Shown in pieces: positions 48,901 through 60,900 of a DNA stretch of 64,000 nt. The first letter of the stretch is position 1; each line of letters begins with the position of its first letter. This DNA comes from Leucoraja erinacea (Eukaryota). The translations under genes and the position numbers were made by a program. The DNA is taken from positions 11,222,001-11,286,000 of the forward strand of contig NC_073406.1 of the NCBI RefSeq assembly GCF_028641065.1, given 5' to 3'. The notes beneath the pieces are model-generated. The model was not told where the DNA came from. It did not search any database and was given only the letters and a program-made list of their open reading frames with translations.

Positions 48901-51900
48901 TGGATAGGTATATGGACGGGAAAGGAATGGAGGGTTATGGTCTGAGTGCAGGTAGATGGGACCAGGTGAGAGTAACTGTTCGGCACGGACTAGAAGGGCC
49001 GAGATGGCCCGTTTCCGTGCTGTAATTGTTATATGGTTATATAGTTCATCATTTGAATTTTCACTTTATTTTCATGAATTTCTCTGGACATTTTTAAGCA
49101 CATCAAGTTAATAAAAAGCAACTTTCAATATTCCAACGCTTGTAGATCTGTGAAGTCAAAGACTTCCATTTTAAATACGTAAGAAAACTTTGAATTCAAA
49201 CTGATCTGTAAGCTGGGTGGTTGAAATATTTATAAAACGTGAAAACAATTCTAATAATGCTGCCTTAAACCCCTTTTTCCAATTTTCAGCATTTAGCAAA
49301 GCCGATTGAGAGTTACTAATTAGTTGATATTACCTGAATAGGTCTGAATCCTCCCTTCAACAATGAAGCAATCAAAGTAGCAGAAAAGAGAGAAAGCCAA
49401 TAGAACTTATCGATCAGAAGGAAGGTCATGATGTACATGCATTCATTGTAACAGCCAATGATTTTCCACATTCAAGAGAACTTAAAATTTCTCTCCTCCT
49501 CCAGTACAAATACCGATTAGATTTATTTCTAACCATACAGAATACTTTGAAAAGAACATTCAGCAGATAAAGTAGCTGTTCCAAATTGGTTGGATAATCA
49601 GTTCATAGCTTTGGAATAATCAACATTTTCCAATAGGAATTATGAAATATTACTGCACTTTTCAAAAATGTTGTTCTATAATTTGCACTGATTTCCCATA
49701 ATAGGTTGAAAATCATCAGCTTGAATTACACTTTTATTATTCTGAAGATGATGTTTACTTCTTCTAACAATCCACATTCAAGATATTCCTTACGACGAGA
49801 TTAAATGAACTAGATGTCCAAGAAAGCATCAAAACATTGAGATAAAAAACAGTATCATGGTTTTACTGAAACAAATGAATTATAAGGAGCGTGGCTTTAG
49901 GCAGTAAAAATATTTTATAATAGATCAAGATATTAACCGTGGAGTGATTTAAACATTTCTAAGATAAGCATTTGTTGAGACAAAATAAATCAGACGTCTC
50001 TTTGTAGAAAAACATGTTCCAACAGAAGGATAAGATACCAAAGGATAGGATACTGAAAATAGCTGGAGCTGTCATCCCTTCTTCTCAATCCAGAATGTAC
50101 AATGTCAGCTCATGAATGAATTTACATTGAAATCAGCTTGGAGATTGTCCTTTTTAAAAAAAATAAAAACCAGTTGAAATGCGACATGACCTTGTGCAAA
50201 TGCACAACTCCACACTTGGATCCAATCAGTAAGTTGGTTACAATAACTGAACAATAAAGCAAATAGCAGCTTGTCGTTTGTCAATGCTCACTGGCTTCCC
50301 TTAGTATTTATATTTACCAGAAGTATATTAAATGTTTTCCTGCTTTGTTCCAACAACTTTGCGCTACTGTTCTGTAATCATCTCTAAAATGCACTACACA
50401 CCTTAACGTGAAGGTGTGTTTCATAACATTCACCGGCACTTCAATTTTAAATTATGTTGGTAAGGAAATGCTTTTTTTTTTACTCCAAAGGCATGCTGAC
50501 ACTTTCAGTAGACTGATATCTTTCTTAGTCAGGCTATGAAGTGAATAGTGTGGATCATGCAAATTCATATGGTTATTGGGTGGAGAAACCCACAAGGGAA
50601 AATGCTTTCAATGGCACCACATTCCATTTGGCATTTGAATTGGTGTTCAGTGAATCTAGTTTAAGTTGGGTTGGAACACTGGTTTAAAATCCTTTAAAGA
50701 TTTTTTTTTAAATCTGACACGAGCAACCATGTTAAATATAGTACATTTTTCAGAATATAGATTTAGAATCAAAAGCAAAAGAAATATGGAAATTTTGAAA
50801 TTCAAAAACGACAGGTGCTGAAAATCTGAACAGATAATGCTAGTAACATTCAGGTCAAGCAGCATCTGTGGTGAGACGAAGGGTTAACATTGACGCTCTG
50901 CTATAAATGAGAAAACAAGTGAGAAAGTTGAAGAATTTAAGTTGAAAAGTTAACTCTTTTCCTCTTTCAACAAGTATAGATTTTGACCTGCTCTGATAAG
51001 CAGCACTGGAAACAGTATGTTGAGCTTTTAGAGAGTTCAGTGAATTGGTCGTGATTATAGCTTGACACCATTATTAGTAGAATTTTAATATTTGAATTCT
51101 AGTCCAAAGAAGCACTGAAATGTAATGCTTTCCACCTTGAACTATCTTATCGAGCCAAATTACATTTTATTAGTGAGTACTTCATGGTACATGTTCAGAG
51201 GCAATATTAGTGTCATGAAATTTCTTAAAGCCCATTCTAAAGTATTGAATTTGGATTTAAATGACTTTTGATCACTTTGTTGGGAATTTGTAAATATCAT
51301 TCCAATTCTATTACTCCATTCATTATTTTTATAGTTGCGACTAATAATAGTTTGACAGCACTATGAGACAAAAGATAACTAAAGATTGGCTAAAGATAAC
51401 TCACAACCCCATCACACACAATGGTTGACTCAATTGTAACTACATACTGGGGGCAATTTAAATCGGCCAACTAACCTACATCTCTTTGGGATATGGGAGA
51501 AACATATCAGCACCTGGAAGAAACACAGTAACGTGGAGAAAGTGGAAACTCCACACAGACAGCATCAGAGATCACCTGTCACCTTGATCTGTGAGACATC
51601 AGCTCTACAAGCTGCGCCACCAGGCCACCCACAAGTTTCAATAAACATGTCAAGACTGTGTTTTGTTTATGTGAGCAGCAAAATATGTTTATTCCTACAC
51701 ATTGTTGTTTCTGTTAACTAGTTATGATAGAATAATGAACAAATTGGCACAGCTACCTAATAATAATGTATCGTAGAGTATATTATATCACATCATAAAT
51801 CCACTGACAACTGCTAATGTGGATTTTGAACAGGTCTCAATTGCAATCTCTTGTTGAACAAAGGTCAAATCAACGATAGACACAAAAAGCTGGAGTAACT

Positions 51901-54900
51901 CATGGGACAGGCAGCATCTCTGGAGAGAAGGAATGGGTAACGTTTCGGGTCTAGATCCGTCTTTGTATTTATATATCTCTCATGTTTCTTTCAGAACGTC
52001 CTTCATCATCTTACTACCAATATAGTACTTTGAAGTGCAGTCACTCCTGCAATATGGGCAAACATAGATGAGTTTTATAGAGAGCAGTGGATGCCTGGTA
52101 CAGGTTATCAGGAGTGGTGGTGGTGGAGGCAGATGTAATAGTGGCATTTAAAAGGCTTTAAATAGGTGCATGTATATGCAAGGAATATGGATCACATGCA
52201 GGCAGATGAGATTAGTTTAACGTGGCATCATGTTCGACATACACATCGTGGGCAGAATAGTTGGTTCCTATGCTGTACTGTTCAACGTTCTATTGGAGTT
52301 AACAACTTGCATCCTACAAATAGTAATGTGATAATAACTAGATAATCTGTTTTAGAAAGATTGATTTAAGACATAATGTGGACCAGGTTAGAACAGTAGT
52401 TAAGAACCATGCCATTCTTTTTCTAAATAATGCCTTGCCTTTTACTTGCACCCGAGAAAGCTGACAGCCACTCAGCTCAACATCTCAACTGAAAGACAGC
52501 GGATTTGATTGTTTGACATTTTAGTACAGCACTGCAGTGCCATAGGCTTTGTGCCTAAGTCTCTGGAGTAGAAATTGAAAGCTGAACCTTATGACTTGAC
52601 AAAATGTGGTATCAACTGAGCCATTGCAAAAGTTCACAGGGAAGGTAAAATACGCAGATTTAGTTTCAGATAATGTGCTGACATTAATGTCTTAAGAATA
52701 CAAGGGGGCCAATAACTGTTAAATCCATTTTGTATTTTCAGATGAGCCAGATAGCAATGTGAGGAATTAACAGGTTTAGGAACAGCCAGAAAAACCAGTG
52801 ATCATTATCACTGCAAAAGCTTCAGAGCTCACTACACCCACACTTGATTAATATTAAAGAGAAACATGAAGACTGGATGCTAACATTTGTACAGTTCTTA
52901 CTCGTCATATTACATTATCCAATGTGAGGCAGTAAATCGAAAAAAAGGCATCACATTTGAAAACGTAACAGTTACCACATTTGAGCAAAGGTAAACAAAT
53001 TATGGGACAGCTGAGTTTTTCTTGTTTCACAGTTGTAATGCCTAACAATAGTCTCTTCCTACTTTTAATAAATGCCTAGTCAGACATTGCAGTAAAATCC
53101 AGCAAGACGACATGTACTGGGAGATAATGACAACACCTCATCTTGTGACACAAATTTAGATCATTCTCACACCCAGATTAGAATGACAGCTGAAACAGAT
53201 TTGCTCAATAAATATGCAAATTGTTTTCTTAATTGAAATTTTACTCAAAACAAAATATAATGATACACATGCTTATTTCCATTCTTTGGGCAACATTCCA
53301 TTTGAAAAAGACAATACTGACCTTCCATATATTTTTCAACTGTTCTGTGCTATGAATGTCTATTAAGTTCCTGTGGAGCAGCTTTTGGGCTTAGCCAATT
53401 TTTGAAAACCGAATGTACCTGTTGAAAAATGTCAGTACACTAGGATAGCTACAGAACCAGTACTATGAAAACATTATCATCTGAAATTTAATCTGGAAGT
53501 TGGTCTACGCATCCAACACTGGGGTGATATCCTAACAGCAACAATCATTGAGCCAATTTCACTCATTTGGACAGTGATATCTTGAACCTCCCTGCATAAT
53601 ATTCAAGCTATCGATATGTTAAAATACTTACTTTCCTCTCCTTCCCACCACTGTAGATATAACAGATTTTTTTTTTAATTGCAGGAGTCCATATCACTGA
53701 CAAAGCCTGCGTTTATTGCCCTTCTCCACCTGCTCTCAAAGGTAGTATAAGGAGCTGCCGTAAGCTATTGTTCTCTTCCTGATAAAAGTACATCAAAAGT
53801 TCTGTTGGGCAAGAAACCTAGGACTTATATTGCTGTTTTGTTATTACAGCAATTTCCAAAGCCTGATACTTGGAAGAGTTCTTGGAAATGGTGGTAAAAT
53901 CATGAGCATGCTATCTTATGGTTTATTGCAGTTAAGATCAAAACTTGAGCGACTGCTAAATAAGAGCATGCAGTATGTAAATGATGCATTCTGCAGGTAG
54001 TTCATTGGATGTAGAGTGAGTGAACATATTGAATGGTGGATGCGGTACAAACAAGCAAGGTTACATTACCTTGAATTCTAGCAAAAGAGAGCTACTGGAG
54101 GAACTCAAAAGGTGAGGCAGCATCTGTGAAGGGAAATGGACAGTTGACATTTGGGGTCAAGATCCCAGCTGGGCTGAAAGAGTCGGGGAAGTAGCCAGTT
54201 TAAACAGTTGGAGAGCGGAGTGGAGCAAGAGCTGATAAATGATAGGTGAATACATGTGAGGAGGGATTGATTGGCAAATAAAGTCTGGTGGGGGAGGGAA
54301 ATATGTACATAACAAAGGCTACAGTTGCTGAAATCTGATAAGAAAGGAAAGTGAAGAATGGACCGGCATGAGGGGAACAACAGGAGGGGAGGTGTATGCT
54401 GTAGTGAGTTAGGGCATCCAGTAGGAGGGGTGAAAAGAAATGCAGTAAGAGGGATCTGGGGGTTAAGGTGGGAAGAAGGGTTTGCAAGAGAGGCAAACCT
54501 TGTTAGGAGGAGAGAAAAGGACATATGAGGTGTGGTTTACTTGAAATTCAAAATTTTAATGTTCTTGTCACTGGGATGGAGACTAACCAGGTGGAATACG
54601 GGGTGCTCTTCCTTTACTTTGCATTTGGCATCAACTGCAGGGGAGAAGGCCGGTGACAAACAGGTCAGTCTGGGAAACGGAATTAAAATGGCAGGCTATC
54701 CAAAACGGGTGGGAAGCAGGGGTCTGGAATGGACGGGGAGGAATGCTGTCACCCAAGTGTTGGAGCTGCATTCATTCAGACAGTGGAAACGATTCAAGCA
54801 CACTCCTAATGCGACTCTTAATTGGCGGAAAGATTTTGGGGTGCCACATTGGTAATGTCATCAAATATCATGTGTGGTTATATAAAGTTGATATCAAACT

Positions 54901-57900
54901 CAGGTAGAATTTGAACTCCGGGTCTGTGCTATTAACTGAAGAAGGGACTTGACCCGAAACATCACCCATTCCTTCCCTCCAGAGATACTGCCTGTCCCGC
55001 TGAGTTACTTCAGCATTTTGTGTCTACATGTCTGTTATGAACTATGTATTATGGCAGAGTAAGTACATCATCAAAACCCAATGAAAAAATTAAACGAGTG
55101 AAGGAACCATGATCAAATTCAGGCAAATATTATGTATATCAATATGCCATATTTCAAAAGAATTCATGCAAAAGGTTCATTACAATCTTTTTCCCCTCCT
55201 ATATCTGGAATCCCAGTACATGAATCATCTTCTGTACCTTGCCCACGTGGGCATTCATTTGTAATAAGTCAACACTTGCAAACTTTGTTCGTCTATTTAA
55301 AAGCTGTGCTATAAATAGCTATGCCATAAATATAAAATATTATCCTTATCTATCAATTCCATATGTGTGTGTTTCTGAATAAGGTTAAAGTTGAGCACCA
55401 ATGCTGAAGGTAAGCTACAGCACATGCTGGAAGCCTCAAACAAAATCAGGCAAACCACAAACCATAGACAAATATAAATTCATTTCTCAAGCCAGAGTGC
55501 CAAGGGCTTTGATGGGTGGAATTAGTCAAGTGTGCTCAAGCAATATATGGAGGGAAGGTACCCTGGAGGATGCAAAAAAGTGAGGTTCTATTCAGGCAAA
55601 GGAAGTGGCATAGGTCAAGTGTAGGCAATGGGGATCTAGTGTATCCTTGTGTGTAATGAAATGAGGATCATAGTTAAGGAAGAGATCAGGAGACTAAGAA
55701 GGGAGCATCAGAAAGCTGTGGCATAAACATATTAAGGACAATCCAAGAAGACTATGTATATCAAGGAAAAAGGGATAACTAGGGCATATGAAGGTAGATA
55801 AATCTCCAGGACCTGATCAAATTTATCCAAAGAGTCAATCGGAAGCTCGAGAAGAAACAACAGGAGCCCTGGCTGAACTGTATGAATCCGCATCAGACAC
55901 GGGTGTGGTGCCAAAAGATTGGCTAAGATTTTGCCTCAATTTAAGGGCTGGAAATAAAAAACCTGGGAACTATAGACCAGCAAGCATAACAGCAGTGGTA
56001 GGAAAGCTACTGGAAAGGATTCTGAGGGACATAAGACACATGCATTTGGAAAAGACAGGGGTTCATTAGGGGATAATTAACAGAGTTTTGCATGTGGGAG
56101 AGTCTCATTAATATGATGATGAACTGGCATAGCAGGAAGCAGAGGGTGATGGTAGAATTGTGTTTTTTCAGACTGGTAGATTGTGCTGAATTCTCCCAAT
56201 ATATAGCATTGCTGTAATCTTCGAACCTCCTGGCTTCTGTGGGTTAGTTATGTTGTTTCATATCAAGTACGTCAGCAACTGTTAATCTATGTTCCAAAAC
56301 AAGTATTTCTTAAAATGTCATTGGTGAAAATATTTTTCAGTTAAGAAGGGAGATCAAAGGATATAAAGTAATACTGGTATTTCCAATATTACCAGATTGA
56401 TATAAATTATTATGCAAAAAAAACTAATCCTTTGATAAAACTTCTTGTTAATGGTTTTCATAGCATGTTTAAAGTTTTGCCTGTCACTTATTTTACAATT
56501 TATTAACACCCCTGCACACATACTGCCTACTCAGCCAAACCACAAGAAAACAGAACATGATTGGCATCAAGGCACAACTTTGACAGGTATCTTATTAATG
56601 GAGATATTTATTGTAGCTGTTGTCCATATTTTTTATTTATCCAAGACAATTTTCAAAAACGCCTCTAAATTTTATTTTTATTTGTGTGACGATTCAGAGA
56701 AAATGATGGATCCCTTGATCACACAATGAATCCCAAGTGTCCGACACAATTTAAAATAGGATTTACATTACACAATTGAAGATGGCAAAATAATCTGACA
56801 GTTGAAAAAGGTAAACCCACAGAAGATCACCATTGCTTTTTATTAGCCTTAAAATGTAGTTCCAAAAACCGATCAAACAGATGAACATACTTGCCTCAAA
56901 ATAGTAACTCTACATTTGAGAATGGCAGCAATCTAATTAAGCCAAGTACTGCTTTGAGAAATTTGCAATGATCACAGGAATCTTGAACCAATGACATGAA
57001 ATCTAAAAATATCACTGACCATTTTACTGAAGGAATCAGAAAACATGGTAGACACCATCATTGAATCAAATTAAAACTAAATCTGCCCGATTTCATTATG
57101 CCAAGAATGTTTTCCTGTTGTTGCTGATAGATTTGAACATTAAACAGTATCTCAAACTAAGACCTTGCTCAGCGACTTTCTATGGTGTCATGTTTGACAA
57201 CTATCAAAACTGCTTGAAAATTGCGTCGAAGACCATTGTACTGTAAAGTGAAGTTCCTCAAGTGCTGAAAGGATGCTGCCCGGCCTGCTGAGTATTTCCA
57301 GTGTTAACTGGTCATTTTTTCTGCTAAAAAGCTAATTTGCCTGAACATTCATATTTTGTAATAATCTCCCAGTTCATTTACAGTAATGCTGTTTGAATAG
57401 GAGATATTAAATTTTCAAATTCATAGATTGAAGTTGAAAATTACAAAGGTACAACTGTAATATTGCAATTGACACCAACTTAACGGGAAAACAGAAGCTC
57501 AATCTCAAATATCTTGTTGCTTTTTAAGTAAAGAAATGGTCAAAGAAGAAATGTCACCACTTCTGCAATCACAATTGAAAAGCAAAAATAATACATACAT
57601 ATTGCACATCCAATAAAAGTACATTTTATAAACGTTTAAAGTAGAAATTCAAAGAGAAAGCAATTGAGGAGTTGCTTCTGTTGCAGTTCTGTGGATGCTG
57701 AGACAGCTGATACAATCAAAATAAGGTCTACAAACTTTACCACAGGTAAAGGTGGTGGGTGAGGGAGGTGGAATATTCTTTCTGTTTTAACTTGTCTATG
57801 GTGCACTCCAATAAAGAGACACGAGTTTCTCAAATGCTTCTGGCTGATTCATTAACTTAAGCAACCCCAATGCAGAAATTTTCACAATTAGTAAGGATGT

Positions 57901-60900
57901 TACATTATTCCTGAGGAAGGTTTAAGAAAACACTCCTGCTGTGATTGAGGTCAGAGTGGAGTGTCTGCACCAGGATTCTAACTTTGGGATGGAGAAGGAC
58001 TCGGCCCCTCCATTAGTGCTGGTCACCTGCACGGAGAACCTCTGTTTTAGAGGTGACAGCCTTGGAGATGATGCCGAATTATCCTGCCACGGGATCTGGA
58101 GGATACTGCAGAGACAAGTTTGATGCATTTTTCCAGTGCTGTGGTGGGTAGTCTCCATCTCAGAAGCACACAAAATGGGTGAAATGCATAAAACGGGCTT
58201 AATGTGCATTTTTCACTCGTGCACATGGCTCAATGACTTGATACAGCAATCCACAGCTCCTCCTTTGTAATCTTTCGATGCGTTTTGTTAAAAGAAGTAA
58301 CTCCTACTGAGCTATGGAGACACAAGAAACTGCAGGTGCTGGAATATTGATCAAAAAAACAAAGTTCAATGAATGCTTAGTGGGTGCAGCAGAATTTGTG
58401 GAGGAAGTGGACAGGTGATCTTTAGATCGATTTGGATTAGGAAGGGTCCTACCTGAAACGTCATCTGTCTATTTCCTCCACAGATGCGGCTTGAAGCATT
58501 GAGTTCCTCATGCACCTTGTTTTTTTTCCTAAACCTACTCTCCAGCCAACCTACACTCCAGGGAAATGTTCCATTGATTGTTTACAATCTACCTTTCAAA
58601 TGCACCACAAACAAAATCCATAAAGCTATTTTCACTGCTTCCTTCAGCCTCTGCACTGAAGAACTTATCATCTCTGGAAATGTCAACCTTTACATCCATT
58701 GACCTTGTTCACTATTCTGTATACACTGGCTCAGATAATCTTACACACCACTGAGCCATTTTTTAAAATTGCCTGCAACTACTTTCTCTTCCCATCACCT
58801 CCCTCCACAAACCTTATCCCCAGAATAGCATTTAAGCTTCTCTTCCACCTTTCCAGCTGCTGCCTGCCATGCAATCACATATCCTCACTCTATGAAGTTA
58901 TTCTTTTAACAAGGCCTTCGTCCTCCTTGGACCACCCAACATGTACCCTGGCACCACAACATTTCTTCATCTTCAGGCATTGTCTCCCCCCCCCCATGCT
59001 TTCAAATTAGCGATCATCAACCTTCTGAAAAATCCATGTTTCTCCATTCTTCCAAATCACTACCTAATCTTCCATTTTTCTTTCCTCTAAACTTCTTGAG
59101 CATATGGATGGCTTACCCAGACCTCATGCAAACTTCTCCAAGGATTTGAAGACTTTGAACCCAAAATTGTACACAAAGTTTCTTATGACATCCAAGGCAA
59201 ATATGGCAAAGGTAAACAATCCTTCCTCCTTGTCTTTCACAAAGATTGTACTATTTTTCATACTGAATTGTATCATCTTCCACCTGCTCACCATTGTCAA
59301 TCAACCAGGTAAGCTGCATTTGTTTTGTTTTTTTCGGGCAATGCCAACAAGTTTTTGTGAAAAGAGCACCGTGAAAGGTAACGTATCGTGAATAAAGGGA
59401 GCAATGGATGCACTATACTTAGATTTCAGGACAGCATTTCAAAAGGCCCGCATCAAATGCTACTGTAGACAAAAAGCAGCTCACAGTTTGGGAACCAACA
59501 TATTCACATGGATAGACATTGGCTAGCACCCAGGAATACAATGAGATTAAATGGGATTTTTTCTGGTTGACAAATGCAACAAATGGTCTACCTCATGAAT
59601 CAGTGCTGGAGCTTTACCTTTTTACAATTTATATACATTTAACATCAATACCTTTGGTACCTTCAAGGATGAAGACAGAAGGTACGATAGCTAGATCTGC
59701 AGAAGATACAAAGACTGCTAGGGAAGAAAGTTGTAAAGGGGACAGAGTCTACAAAGAGACAAAGACTTATGAGTGGGTCAAAATCTGGAAAATAGAATAT
59801 GTGAAAAAATATGAAATTGACCATTTTGGCAGCAATATAAAAAGGCATATTGTTGCCATTGGGGCATGCAGCGCATCCATGCTGACCATATTAATCCCAT
59901 TTACCAGCACCAGGTCCATACATTCTATGCATTTATTAAGCACATGTCTAGATAATTAAATCTTGCAAGAGTATCTGCCCCACCTATTCAGACAGTACCC
60001 TAAATCTATGCCCTCTAGTCTTAGATGCTTCTGCTATGGAGGAAGAAATTACCTGCGCCCCTCATAATATTATGTACCTGATCGGGTCCACGCTCAGCAT
60101 CCTCCATTCCAAGAAAAACATAACCAGTCGATCAGTCTCTCCTCATAACTGAAATATTCCACTCCTTTAATATACTCAACGCGCTTTGGGATTTTCCTTA
60201 ATCTAGTCTGTCAGTCATATTTTTTGGCTCCTCATTGGCCTCAATTTATTTTTAAAGTATTAATGGTGGGTACTTTTGAATATGATAAGAGTCCATTTCC
60301 TCAATTACCATGTCCATGCATGCATTTACCTCTTTTATTATCTTTAAACTGTCTAAACATTTGTCCATTAACTTTTGAGTATATGTTTCAGCTAAATATT
60401 AAGAATAGCTGTCAACTTTAATTCCCAAAACAAAGTCTTGACACAAACACTATCCATTTCTCTATCTGAAACTGAACCAGACTGCTCGAGATGGGTTGTG
60501 GGCCACATCACTATCACTTTTCAAAATCATTATTACCACCTTCATAGCGTTACCTGTCTCCACTGTTGCTTCCGCTGCTTCTGAAACCCTTAGTTATGCC
60601 TTTGTAACACCCAGCATTGTCTATTATGATGCATTCATTTCAGGTTTTCCTCTTTTACTCTCTGTATACTTGCGATGCTGTGATCTGAAAGGCCTTGTCT
60701 TAACTTTAAGTATTGTTCATCATCAGCTCTACATTTGTTCATCTTCAAATGACATGTTGATTTTAAAATGTTCATCTTTGTTTGCAGATCAATCCATCCA
60801 TCTTGTCCCTCCCTTTTTCTCTCATCTGTTCCTGCCCCATTACTACCAAGATATATTTTTCTGGAGAAGGATCTCGATCTGAAATGTCACCTATTCCTTT

